Shown here one piece after another: positions 19,518-29,134 of a stretch of DNA of 64,000 nt. The translations under genes and the position numbers were made by a program. The stretch's first letter is position 1. Every line of letters begins with the position of its first letter. Location of the stretch: NCBI GenBank assembly GCA_016711705.1, contig JADJSK010000008.1, forward strand, positions 3,803-67,802, written 5' to 3'. A model generated the notes under the pieces. That model worked only from the letters and a program-made list of their open reading frames with translations. It ran no database searches and was not told the origin of the DNA. The stretch is from Candidatus Brachybacter algidus (GTDB lineage Bacteria > Bacteroidota > Bacteroidia > Chitinophagales > Saprospiraceae).

Positions 19518-20798
19518 TCAATTAATGAATTCAGCTCCGAAAAAGTTCCTAAGTACTTCCGGTATCCGAATACCTTCTTCTGTTTGATTATTTTCAAGTA
19601 GAGCGGCTACTATGCGCGCCAGTGCTAGAGAACTACCATTCAGTGTGTGTAACAACTGCATATTATTGTCTTCATCCCTATATCTGAGTTTCAATCTATT
19701 CGACTGAAAGGTCTCAAAATTCGACACAGAGCTAACTTCTAACCATCTTTCCTGTCCTGCTGACCAAACTTCAAAATCATATGTCATTGCTGAAGCAAAT
19801 CCCATATCTCCGCCGCATAATCTTAGGATTCTATAAGGTAGTTCAAGACTTTCCATCAATCTGGCTACGTGTGCTACCATTTCCTGCAATGCCTCATAAG
19901 ATCTCTCTGGTTTCTCTACGCGGACGATCTCCACTTTATCGAACTGGTGGACTCTATTTAGACCCTTGACATGAGCTCCGTATGATCCTGCCTCTCTTCT
20001 AAAACAGGGCGTATAAGAGGTCATACAATACGGTATAAGGTGATCAGGCAGAATGTCGTCTCTAAGAATATTAGTGACAGGGACTTCGGATGTGGGAATC
20101 AGATAAAGATCATCTTTTTCACAATAATACATCTGACCTTCTTTGTCGGGCAACTGGCCTGTAGCCGTGGCACTGTCTTCATTTACAAGATGAGGAGGCA
20201 GTATTTCTTCATAACCGGCTTTAGTATTAAAGTCCAGGAAATAATTAATTAGCGCTCTTTGCAGCTTGGCTCCCTGGCCGCGATAAACTACAAACCCGCT
20301 TCCCGTGACTTTCACACCGAGTTTCAGATCAAACAAATTATATTTCTCACCAATCTCCCAGTGAGGGAGCGCATTGGGCGGCAATGTGGGCATAACTCCT
20401 GTGAAGTCCTGATATACCATATTGTCATCAGCACCAATGCCAAATGGCACACTTTCATGAGGAATATTCGGGATAGTATATAGATGCTCTTCAAGTTCTT
20501 CCTTAAGCGACTTGAGCATTTCTTCTTTGATCTTACTTGAATCTTTAAGCAGGCCTACTCTTACTTTCAAGCTATTGGCTTCATCAATGGCTTTATTTTT
20601 CATTAATTCTCCAATAGCCTTTGAGAGATTATTCATCTCTGAAAGTTCAGTTTCCAGAGCAGTTTGTACTTCTTTTCTCTGATCATCAAGTACTATGATC
20701 TGATCTATTATCACTAGTTTTTCTTCCGACCAATTCCTTTTTTTAAGGCCAACATCCACTCTATCTCTTTGGTTACGAAGCATTTCTACTTTAAGCAT
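19518..20798 (-). CDS. serS: Serine--tRNA ligase
   Basis: 426 aa, coiled-coil N-arm plus class II core (FRREAGSYG, TLNGSSLALARIVAALLEN). Confidence 0.95.
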   Translation of the reverse strand: MLKVEMLRNQRDRVDVGLKKRNWSEEKLVIIDQIIVLDDQRKEVQTALETELSEMNNLSKAIGELMKNKAIDEANSLKVRVGLLKDSSKIKEEMLKSLKEELEEHLYTIPNIPHESVPFGIGADDNMVYQDFTGVMPTLPPNALPHWEIGEKYNLFDLKLGVKVTGSGFVVYRGQGAKLQRALINYFLDFNTKAGYEEILPPHLVNEDSATATGQLPDKEGQMYYCEKDDLYLIPTSEVPVTNILRDDILPDHLIPYCMTSYTPCFRREAGSYGAHVKGLNRVHQFDKVEIVRVEKPERSYEALQEMVAHVARLMESLELPYRILRLCGGDMGFASAMTYDFEVWSAGQERWLEVSSVSNFETFQSNRLKLRYRDEDNNMQLLHTLNGSSLALARIVAALLENNQTEEGIRIPEVLRNFFGAEFIN

Positions 20799-21143
20799 GG
20801 GAATAAATTCATTAAATTATTGAAAATTGTAATTTTTAAGGTGCAAATATAGTTTAATAAAAAAAGATATTGTACATTTGCGAAATCATTTCAAGCCGAG
20901 AGGGCTTAAGCCATTCAAATCTGGGTTAAGGCTAATTTCAACGAAAGAATTTTCCGAATTAAAGTTTTTTACATTACCAAATCGGTCTTTTAAATTGTGT
21001 TATTGGCACTTGGTTTGAAATTTCAAATTTTTATCTTTTAATCTAATTTTAACTCTAGTTTATTCACCAGAATAAATAAATAGTCATAGTTGTTGTCCAA
21101 AAAGGGGCCCAACTATTTTTCCAAAAAAATAACATTTATTTGT

Positions 21144-22946
21144 ATGTATGACATTTTGCAATTGGACAGTATGTTGGTCCCGGAGCTAAGAGAAGTAGCA
21201 GAAGCAAATGATCTTAAAGGTTATAAAAAATTAAGCAAACAAGAGCTGATTTATAAGATCCTTGATCAACAAGCTTTAAATACTCAGATCACGCCGGAGC
21301 AAGTGCTGGCCATGGAAAAGGAAAGCTCAAAAAGCAAACCTCATCAAAAAGAAAGGATTTCCGCTCCAAGACCCAACAACAATCAAGACGAGGAGGAAGC
21401 AAACCTTTTCACCACGAGCAAACCAACTAAAGGAGCTGCCGCGGACAAAAAGCCAAAAGCTAAAAAACCTCTTCCTGCTAAGAAAGAAACTAAAACTGCG
21501 CAAGCAGAAGGCGAAAGTGCAAAAGGTCCACAGGAACCTGCAGTGATCGAACCAGTTGTTGAAAGAAAAAAATTCTTCACCTCCACTCATCTCAAAACCG
21601 CAGCAACAGAAACTGCACCTGCAGATATCGAGAAAAATTCAAAACCCGCAACCGAAACAGTCCAGAATACTCCTGCCGAAAAGCCCTTTAAAGCCAAAAA
21701 AGCTCTTAAAACTGAGAATGCTGTGACTGCAAACAATGAAGTTGCTGCTGAAGCGCCTAGAGAAGTTCGCGAATCAAGACAAACAACTAAACCGGAACCT
21801 GAAGCCCCAAAATTCAACATTGACTTTGATGGGATGATAGAAGGAGAAGGTATCCTGGAAATGATGTCTGACGGATATGGATTTCTAAGATCTTCAGATT
21901 ATAATTACTTAACATCTCCTGATGATATTTATGTATCACCTTCACAGATCAAATTATTTGGCTTGAAGACAGGTGATACTGTTAAAGGAGCTATACGACC
22001 ACCGAAGGAAGGTGAGAAATATTTCGCCCTTCTGAGAGTTGCTAACATCAACGGTCTATTGCCAAGTCAGATCAGAGACAGGGTTCCTTTTGACTATCTA
22101 ACGCCTTTATTCCCAATCGAAAAATTCAATTTGAGTGGAAGTAAAAATGGTAAAGATTATGGCAATAGGATGATCGATCTATTCACACCGATCGGAAAGG
22201 GTCAACGTGGATTGATAGTAGCTCAGCCTAAGACAGGAAAAACCTTCTTATTGAAAGACATCGCAAATGCTATAGCAACTAACCATCCTGAATGTTTCCT
22301 AATTGTCCTTTTGATCGACGAACGTCCGGAAGAGGTTACTGATATGAGAAGAAACGTAAATGCCGAAGTAATTGCATCCACATTTGACGAACCAGCAGAG
22401 AATCATGTTAAAGTGGCAGGTATCGTACTTGAGAAAGCAAAGAGACTTGTAGAATGTGGCCATGATGTGGTAATCCTTTTGGATTCAATCACAAGACTAG
22501 CAAGAGCATACAATACCGTGGCACCTGCCAGTGGTAAAGTATTATCTGGAGGTGTGGAAGCTAATGCTCTGCACAAACCTAAGAAGTTCTTTGGTGCTGC
22601 CAGAAAGATCGAAAATGGTGGTTCGTTGACTATCCTGGCTACGGCATTGATCGATACCGGTTCGAAAATGGACGGCGTCATCTTTGAAGAATTCAAGGGT
22701 ACGGGTAATATGGAATTACAACTTGACCGAACTTTGGCCAACAAAAGATTATATCCTGCCATTGATCTTACCAAGTCAAGTACACGAAGAGACGATCTAT
22801 TGCTTGATAAAGAAACATTACAACGCATGTTTATCCTTAGAAATCAGCTTGCTGATATGCGTCCTGATGAAGCAATGGAATTCCTCAGAAAGTATATTCT
22901 TGGAACAACCAGCAATGAAGAATTTCTGACCTCAATGAATGGTTAG
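21144..22946 (+). CDS. rho: Transcription termination factor Rho with an approximately 185-aa low-complexity N-terminal insertion
   Basis: [21 protein letters not shown]-terminal helix bundle, then the [18 protein letters not shown]-loop AQPKTGKT, C-terminus [19 protein letters not shown] 21144 is preferred over the TTG at 21090. Confidence 0.93.
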   Translation: MYDILQLDSMLVPELREVAEANDLKGYKKLSKQELIYKILDQQALNTQITPEQVLAMEKESSKSKPHQKERISAPRPNNNQDEEEANLFTTSKPTKGAAADKKPKAKKPLPAKKETKTAQAEGESAKGPQEPAVIEPVVERKKFFTSTHLKTAATETAPADIEKNSKPATETVQNTPAEKPFKAKKALKTENAVTANNEVAAEAPREVRESRQTTKPEPEAPKFNIDFDGMIEGEGILEMMSDGYGFLRSSDYNYLTSPDDIYVSPSQIKLFGLKTGDTVKGAIRPPKEGEKYFALLRVANINGLLPSQIRDRVPFDYLTPLFPIEKFNLSGSKNGKDYGNRMIDLFTPIGKGQRGLIVAQPKTGKTFLLKDIANAIATNHPECFLIVLLIDERPEEVTDMRRNVNAEVIASTFDEPAENHVKVAGIVLEKAKRLVECGHDVVILLDSITRLARAYNTVAPASGKVLSGGVEANALHKPKKFFGAARKIENGGSLTILATALIDTGSKMDGVIFEEFKGTGNMELQLDRTLANKRLYPAIDLTKSSTRRDDLLLDKETLQRMFILRNQLADMRPDEAMEFLRKYILGTTSNEEFLTSMNG

Positions 22947-22970
22947 TATCTAAATTGAAAATATAGAAGT

Positions 22971-23005
22971 CCCTTATGACGCATGTTGTAGGGGATTTTT
23001 TTTTG
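22971..23005 (+). terminator. Rho-independent terminator after rho
   Basis: tccctta-N12-tagggga (one G:U) followed by T9. Confidence 0.6.
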
Positions 23006-23049
23006 TCCAATATTAAATTTTCTTAATTTTGGAGAAAATGGCAACGTTA

Positions 23050-23333
23050 TTGGAGGTGAGAGGGTTATGAGATTAGGAGAGGGGTGGAGAATTGAAAATT
23101 GAAAATTGAAAATTGAAAATGGGGCGAATAGTGGGAAGGATATATCTAATTTGACTTTTGGCTTGTAGTTAAAAGCTTATGGCTTTAATTCCTCTGAAGC
23201 AATTTGCATGTAGAAATCAGTGCAATCAAAGAAATCAATTTAATCAGTGGTTCAGACAAATTAATGATGGTTATTGGCAGGAAAGGGAAAGTTGAAAATG
23301 AGGAAGGAAAAATGAGCAATGGAAAATTACGGC
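23050..23333 (+). repeat. Composite: G/A-rich degenerate array, TTGAAAA heptamer array (23086-23124), core, degenerate GAAAAT array (23281-23333)
   Basis: ggagaattgaaaattgaaaattgaaaattgaaaatgggg, followed by the gcgaatagtgggaagga and aaagcttatggct modules. Confidence 0.85.
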
Positions 23334-23432
23334 ATCGCTAATGTATTCTAACATATGAATTTACGAATTCAAATCTTTCAAAAAATTAAATATAAATATC
23401 ATTTACATCACATAGTAAACCCTTAATTGAAA

Positions 23433-24251
23433 ATGAGCATAAAAAGAATTCTTGCACCAACAGACTTTAGTGAAGTCTCTAATAAAGCTATTGATGTGGC
23501 AGTGGCAATCGCTACCAAAGGCGATGCTGAGATCGTATTGATGCATACATCTCTTCCTACGGAAGGGATCAATAGCAATGTTTACGCTGCCATCTATATC
23601 CACGAATATCTTGAGATCAAGAGAAAAAACCTACAACAGATGGCTGAGCGCCTGAAGGAAAAAGGATTTGATGGTAAAATATCTACCGATAATAAGGTAG
23701 ATTTTACAGTTCCTTCTATCGTAAACGCTGCAGCGGAATTTGAGGCTGATCTCGTTATAATGGGCTCTACTGGGACCAGTGGACTCAGTGGGGTGATTCT
23801 TGGAAGCACAGCAGGCGGGGTTTTATCAAAGATCGATCATCCTTTATTTCTTATTCCAAAGGATTATGTCTTGCCTGAAAGTGGCCATTTACTCATCGGT
23901 ACTGACTACAAAACAGCTGTTGATCCAGGTTCTTTGAACATAATTGAATTCTTCAAGGAGAAACTTAATTTTAGAATCCAACTTATCCATATCGAAAAAG
24001 AAGGGGAAGAAAATGTAGATAGAGAAAAATATGTTAGAGATAATTTTAAATCTCTGATAGATGGAAGTATTAGCATACCTGGTGGTAAGGTTGAAGAAGC
24101 CCTATTGAAACTCAAAGAAAAATATACTAATGCTGTATTGTGTACCGTAACTAAGAAGCGTAATTGGTTTGAGAATATTTTTTACCACAGCGTATCGAAG
24201 TCGCTAGCACATTATTCTGATGTTGCTTTGTTGTGTTTGCATGAAGAGTAG
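23433..24251 (+). CDS. Universal stress protein (tandem Usp domains)
   Basis: SIKRILAPTDFSEVS..., GSTGTSGLSGVILGSTAGGV motif. ATG 23433 is preferred over the TTG at 23427. Confidence 0.85.
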   Translation: MSIKRILAPTDFSEVSNKAIDVAVAIATKGDAEIVLMHTSLPTEGINSNVYAAIYIHEYLEIKRKNLQQMAERLKEKGFDGKISTDNKVDFTVPSIVNAAAEFEADLVIMGSTGTSGLSGVILGSTAGGVLSKIDHPLFLIPKDYVLPESGHLLIGTDYKTAVDPGSLNIIEFFKEKLNFRIQLIHIEKEGEENVDREKYVRDNFKSLIDGSISIPGGKVEEALLKLKEKYTNAVLCTVTKKRNWFENIFYHSVSKSLAHYSDVALLCLHEE

Positions 24252-24254
24252 GTT

Positions 24255-24540
24255 TCGGCTGATGGCTATTGGCTGATGGCTGATGGCTCCATAGTAGTAG
24301 CGAGAATTGTTTGTGTCTTTAGGAAAGGGGAATTGAAAATTGAAAATTGAAAATTGAAAACGACGCGAAGATTAGGAAGTAATGCCTAAAGCTTAATGCT
24401 TATAGCTTTTGGCCATTGGCTGATGGCTCCATAATGGTATCGAGAATAGTTTGTATTCTTAGGAAATTGAAAATGATGCGAAGTTTGGGAAGTATTTTTT
24501 GGTGCAATTTCCGGGCTAAAGCCTAATGTTTATAGCTTAT
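24255..24540 (+). repeat. Two tandem copies of a multi-module composite (GGCTGAT array, unique 33-mer, TTGAAAA array, gcgaag module, AAGCTTAT module)
   Basis: Copy 1 is 24255-24406 and copy 2 is 24411-24540. For example, atagtagtagcgagaattgtttgtgtctttagg matches ataatggtatcgagaatagtttgtattcttagg. Confidence 0.85.
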
Positions 24541-24589
24541 GGTCAATGTCATTAAGTTAAGCAATTGAAATCAATAATATTTTACAGAC

Positions 24590-24743
24590 AATATTTCGGT
24601 GCGCTGCACCTGATAGTCTATCAAATCTATTTCTATAAATATCCCTGTGCGCTGCACCTTTGCTTTTCTTACAGGTGCAGCGCACCACAATATTTATACA
24701 GTTCGTATTAAGGCTGCTCCAAGGTGCAGCGCACCGAGATATT
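24590..24743. repeat. Nested inverted-repeat element built on four GGTGCGCTGCACC motifs
   Basis: The outer stem is 24590-24610 with 24723-24743 (21 nt, 1 mismatch). The inner stem is 24647-24659 with 24673-24685 (13 nt, perfect). Confidence 0.9.
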
Positions 24744-24840
24744 TTGAAAGAACCTATGGCTATAACTTTATGACATTGAGCTTATGCCTGAAGGCTAAAT
24801 TTGGTTAAAATACAAATCCTAATAGTATCGTGGGTAACAC

Positions 24841-24957
24841 CATCATTTGTAATTTATCATTTATAATTATTTACAGCACACCCATCACCCATCACCCTAT
24901 CACCCTATCATCCTGATCACCCGATCACCCTATCACCTGATCACCTGATCACCTGAT
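24841..24957 (+). repeat. ATCACCY heptamer/octamer array preceded by a TTATCAT-type degenerate array
   Basis: cacccatcacccatcaccctatcaccctatcatcctgatcacccgatcaccctatcacctgatcacctgatcacctgatc. Confidence 0.9.
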
Positions 24958-25035
24958 CTAACTCCCTATCAATTAAATTTTTACATAATTAAATAATTAC
25001 CAATCATTTATCCTAAAAATACTTTTAAAATAAAT

Positions 25036-25066
25036 TTTGATATTCAAAAACATTGACTTACCTTTG
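25036..25066 (+). promoter_or_regulatory. Bacteroidota sigma-A type promoter for rpmH (TTTG-N19-TACCTTTG)
   Basis: TTTG at 25036-25039, a 19-nt spacer, then TACCTTTG at 25059-25066, matching the -33/-7 consensus TTTG/TAnnTTTG. The rpmH ATG is 37 nt downstream. Confidence 0.55.
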
Positions 25067-25102
25067 TCCCACTTTTCTAAAAACATTTAATTATTAATTC
25101 CT

Positions 25103-25258
25103 ATGAAACGGACATTCCAGCCTTCAAGGCGTAAAAGAGTAAACAAACACGGATTCAGATCTCGTATGAGTACTAAAAACGGTAGGAGAGTCCTTGCCAA
25201 CAGAAGAGCGAAGGGAAGGCACAAGCTGACTGTTTCTGATGAGATGAAGACTAAGTAA
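25103..25258 (+). CDS. rpmH: 50S ribosomal protein L34
   Basis: Not in the ORF track because it is under 60 aa. Hand translation gives [51 protein letters not shown]. Confidence 0.95.
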   Translation: MKRTFQPSRRKRVNKHGFRSRMSTKNGRRVLANRRAKGRHKLTVSDEMKTK

Positions 25259-25280
25259 GTTATCTTTATAAAACAAAGAG

Positions 25281-25322
25281 TAGGCTATTGGGCTATTGCA
25301 GCTTGATAGCCTATTTTATTTT
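25281..25322 (+). terminator. Hairpin plus T-rich tract between rpmH and rnpA (attenuator or partial terminator)
   Basis: taggctat-N17-atagccta followed by ttttatttt. Confidence 0.45.
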
Positions 25323-25325
25323 AAC

Positions 25326-25715
25326 GTGAAACGAACCTTTGCACTTCCCCGCGACAATAAACTCAAAAGTATTGTCACTATCTCAGAACTATTCAATGAG
25401 GGCAAAAGCCAATTTACTTATCCTATAAAGATGGTTTATTCCGTCCAACCTTCTTCTGGTCGGCTACTTTCCTTCAAAGTTGCTGTCTCGGTTCCCAAAA
25501 AACTATTTAAAAAGGCGGTGGACCGCAATACCTTAAAACGTCGATTAAGAGAATCTGTTAGGCTGAATCAGGCATCCCTACATGAAATATGCCAATCCGC
25601 AAACATTAGCCTCGACTTTATGTTGATCTTTGTAGGTAAAGAAATGACTGATTATCAACAAATCGACAAAGCTGTCCGTTCTTTATTTGAAAAATTAACC
25701 AGAAATGTTCAATAA
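25326..25715 (+). CDS. rnpA: Ribonuclease P protein component
   Basis: It follows rpmH. Sequence KRTFALPRDNKLKS..., basic RNR-like KKAVDRNTLKRRLRE. GTG 25326 is preferred because the TTG at 25296 lies inside the hairpin. Confidence 0.85.
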   Translation: MKRTFALPRDNKLKSIVTISELFNEGKSQFTYPIKMVYSVQPSSGRLLSFKVAVSVPKKLFKKAVDRNTLKRRLRESVRLNQASLHEICQSANISLDFMLIFVGKEMTDYQQIDKAVRSLFEKLTRNVQ

Positions 25716-26667
25716 AGTAAACTTCTTCATATTCGACCAACGAATCCGACCCGCTTTAAAGCTTTTACTTATTGTCCTTTTTTTATCTTCAACCCTACAT
25801 GTTTCTTTTGCACAAAAGTTTCTTCAATTAGAAAAAGACTTTGTTAAAACCAAACTCAAATATGGCTCAGGGGATGAGATCATCTTCAAACTCAGACAAA
25901 GTGATCAATGGATCCGAACTGCAATTGATGAGATAGATGTGGACAATAATGTCATACATATGTTTGGATTGACTGTGCCGATCGACTCAATTGAATATAT
26001 AAAAAGTTACAAACCTTTCATATCTCCTATCATTGGCGAAGTGCTGTGGAAGTCTGGACTTGCCACATTTGCCACTTCTGCTTTGTATGGTATATTTTTT
26101 CAACCTCCCAATACGGTAGACTTCTTAATAGCGACAGGCGCCATTGCTTTGACAGGATTGGGACTCAAACAAATGGCCAAGATCAGAAAAGTATACCCCA
26201 TCGGCAATAAATACAATTTCTTTCTATCACTTGTTCGAGTTGAGGCTCAAGATATACCTATGGTTAATTTTGATGGGTTGGCACCTTTCTTATCAAAGAA
26301 AAATGACACCACCTATGTCGTGAATTTCTGGGCAACATGGTGTAGACCTTGCGTGGAAGAGCTTCCATACTTTCTTGAGGCTGAAGAAAAATTTAAAGGA
26401 CAGAAAGTTAAATTCATCATGGTAAGTATGGATTTTCCAAAAATGTTGGAAAGTCGCTTAAAGCCATTTCTCCAAAAAAATAAATTACCCGGGCAAGTCA
26501 TTTTATTGAATGATCCTGACGGTAACACCTGGATTCCAAAAGTAAATAAGGATTGGGACGGAGCTATCCCTGTCACTTATATCTATAATAAAGAAAAAAG
26601 TATCTTTATCAGCACTAATTTTGAAAATGCTGAGCAACTAATAAAAAACATTAATTCAATAAATTAA
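25705..26667 (+). CDS. Membrane-anchored thioredoxin-fold thiol:disulfide oxidoreductase (TlpA/ResA-like)
   Basis: 320 aa, hydrophobic N-terminal half, FWATWCRPCVEELP CxxC motif. Confidence 0.75.
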   Translation: MFNKVNFFIFDQRIRPALKLLLIVLFLSSTLHVSFAQKFLQLEKDFVKTKLKYGSGDEIIFKLRQSDQWIRTAIDEIDVDNNVIHMFGLTVPIDSIEYIKSYKPFISPIIGEVLWKSGLATFATSALYGIFFQPPNTVDFLIATGAIALTGLGLKQMAKIRKVYPIGNKYNFFLSLVRVEAQDIPMVNFDGLAPFLSKKNDTTYVVNFWATWCRPCVEELPYFLEAEEKFKGQKVKFIMVSMDFPKMLESRLKPFLQKNKLPGQVILLNDPDGNTWIPKVNKDWDGAIPVTYIYNKEKSIFISTNFENAEQLIKNINSIN

Positions 26668-26674
26668 AAAACAC

Positions 26675-27289
26675 ATGAAACTATTTCTTTCTTTTCTAAG
26701 TATATCCTTTCTATATGTCGGAATTTCTGCCTTTACAATGCCGGCTGATGGTGGCTATAAAGTAGGTGATACTGCTTCAGATTTTAAACTTAAAAATGTG
26801 GATGGCAAGACCGTTTCGCTGGCAGACTTTAAAGACGCTAAGGGTTATATCGTTATTTTCACCTGCAATCATTGCCCCTTTTCTGTCGCTTATGAAGACA
26901 GAATCATAGCACTTAATAATAAATATGCCAGTCAGGGTTATCCTGTCATAGCTATCAATCCCAATGATCCTGCAGTTTCAGAAGGTGACAGTTACGAGCT
27001 GATGCAAGAAAGATCCAAAGAAAAAGCATTCACCTTCCCCTATCTATTTGATGATGGGCAGAAAGTATTTCCTGTATATGGAGCTACGAGAACACCGCAC
27101 GTCTTTTTGTTAGATAAAAACCGTGTTGTCAAGTACATTGGAGCTATCGATGATAATGTAAACGAACCTAAAAGCGTTCAGGTTAAATATTTGGAAAATG
27201 CTATTGAAGCACTAAAATCTGGAAAGGAAATCAAGACGAGTTATACAAAAGCCGTTGGTTGCTCGATCAAGTTAAAAAATAAGTTTTGA
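26675..27289 (+). CDS. Thioredoxin-fold redoxin (AhpC/TSA-TlpA superfamily) with signal peptide
   Basis: 204 aa, IFTCNHCPFSVAY motif, RTPHVFLLD. Confidence 0.75.
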   Translation: MKLFLSFLSISFLYVGISAFTMPADGGYKVGDTASDFKLKNVDGKTVSLADFKDAKGYIVIFTCNHCPFSVAYEDRIIALNNKYASQGYPVIAINPNDPAVSEGDSYELMQERSKEKAFTFPYLFDDGQKVFPVYGATRTPHVFLLDKNRVVKYIGAIDDNVNEPKSVQVKYLENAIEALKSGKEIKTSYTKAVGCSIKLKNKF

Positions 27290-27303
27290 GTATGTTTATC
27301 AAA

Positions 27304-27334
27304 AGAGAAGCGCCGCAATGCTTCTCTTTTTTTT
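27304..27334 (+). terminator. Rho-independent terminator
   Basis: agagaagc-gccgcaat-gcttctct followed by T7. Confidence 0.8.
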
Positions 27335-27590
27335 ATGTCCGGAACATTCTTTTATTTATAAGGCAGAATGCCTTAATTGATCCGGATCATTTAATTCAAA
27401 ATGAAAACAATGGCAAGCTTGCTTTTTATTATTTGGTCATTTAAGGAAAAATGTGCGCCGGTAAAAAGATAAACAAGTCCAATACCGAAAAGGCTTCATA
27501 ATAAACCGTTTACATTTGGATAACCTATTGTCGGCTCGGAATTCAACTACAAAAATTTGGTCCAAGAATAAAATACGATCCGCTTAATCT

Positions 27591-29006
27591 TTATAGCCCT
27601 GTTCCTTGCCTATTGATTTGATACTCATAATTTTTATTCATATTTCTGTACCTGCCCTTTAGTATCAATTGAGAATTGTTTTTTCTAATCTCTGAAATAA
27701 CATCATCAGCGCTCGAGACTTTCATGCCATTGACTTCATTTATAATGAAACCTGATTCCATGGCGGTTTTCCCTGAAGGAGTATTTTGATAGATCGTGTG
27801 AACTATAACTCCTTTCTCTCCATTCCGCATTATTTGTTCTCTGAGTTCTATACCTATCGCCTTCAATTCCAAATCAGACCTAATGATCACATCAAAAGCG
27901 GTTGAAATAGGACTTGTCAACTTGAGTGATCCTGTATAGGAATTATTGCTTCTTAAGTATTTTACGTTAACAATATCTCCCGGTTTATATAATGCTATTT
28001 GTTCCTGAAGGGCCGGACATGAGCGAACGATTTTACCATTAATTTCAGTAATTATATCACCATACAACATTCCTGCCTTTTCAGCTGCTGAACCTTGAGA
28101 AATTCGATTTATAAAAACGCCAGTTTCCGGATCTACTCCAATTTTCTTTGACAAAGCATCGCTTATATCTTCGATACCAACGCCAAGCATAGCCCTCTGA
28201 ACCTTGCCATAAGACATAATGTCGCTGACCATTTTACGTACAATATTGCTAGGTATTGCAAAAGAATAACCTTCAAATTTTCCACTTTTAGTAAAGATAG
28301 CAGTATTTACCCCTATGAGTTCGCCACGCGCGTTAAGTAATGCACCACCACTATTGCCTTCATTGAATACAGCGTCTGTTTGGATGAAAGATTCAAGAGG
28401 GTAAGCACCTTTTAAGAGATCGATAGTTCTTCCTTTAGCAGAGACTATTCCGCTGGTGACAGTAGAGCTGAGCTGATAAGGGTTGCCAATAGCGATGACC
28501 CATTGTCCGATCTGGACTGAATCACTATTGCCGAGAGATAAAAAAGGCAAAGAAGATTTATTGATTTTAAGAACTGCAATATCTGTTGATTCATCTGAAC
28601 CAATGAGGGTGGCTTTCCATTTTTTCTTGTCAGAGGTCATGACTTCAAAAGAATTGCCCATAGAGATTACATGATGATTGGTAACGATGTAACCATCTTC
28701 TGAAATAACTACTCCCGAACCCTCTGAAATGACAGCATTCTCTTCATTGTTCCAAAATTCATAACCACCGTTTCTAACAGCGATCTTGACCACAGCGGGT
28801 GTCCCTATTCTGGCTGCATTAATAAAATCTATCGGAGGGTAACTACTAGAAGAACCTAAACTATGGTTAACAAACTTGCTCCAGGCGTTTTGGTCAGTAT
28901 TCTTTAACTCCTTATCCTTACTTGAAAACAAGCTAAAAAGGACAGTACTTAAGAGGACAGATAATGCTATGATTATTAGATCTTTTTTTTGGATCATGCT
29001 TGTCAT
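27591..29006 (-). CDS. HtrA/DegP-family serine endoprotease with two PDZ domains
   Basis: Catalytic triad context TNHHV, DIAVLKI, GNSGGAL. The likely start is MTSMIQKK (29004-29006); the upstream ORF extension looks spurious. Confidence 0.88.
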   Translation of the reverse strand: MTSMIQKKDLIIIALSVLLSTVLFSLFSSKDKELKNTDQNAWSKFVNHSLGSSSSYPPIDFINAARIGTPAVVKIAVRNGGYEFWNNEENAVISEGSGVVISEDGYIVTNHHVISMGNSFEVMTSDKKKWKATLIGSDESTDIAVLKINKSSLPFLSLGNSDSVQIGQWVIAIGNPYQLSSTVTSGIVSAKGRTIDLLKGAYPLESFIQTDAVFNEGNSGGALLNARGELIGVNTAIFTKSGKFEGYSFAIPSNIVRKMVSDIMSYGKVQRAMLGVGIEDISDALSKKIGVDPETGVFINRISQGSAAEKAGMLYGDIITEINGKIVRSCPALQEQIALYKPGDIVNVKYLRSNNSYTGSLKLTSPISTAFDVIIRSDLELKAIGIELREQIMRNGEKGVIVHTIYQNTPSGKTAMESGFIINEVNGMKVSSADDVISEIRKNNSQLILKGRYRNMNKNYEYQINRQGTGL

Positions 29007-29134
29007 TTTTGAAACAATTAACTGATAATCAATTAAGAGAATTAAAGTTAAACAAATGAAACGAAATACTCTTAGCTTTGTTTTATCAAAATCACAAGTG
29101 ACATAACTCAATAACAAAAAATTAAGATTAAATA

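Noticed and set aside
21327-21820. Three antisense ORFs within the rho insertion region
   Set aside because: They are low-complexity reverse translations of the K/A/E-rich Rho insertion, inside a confident CDS.
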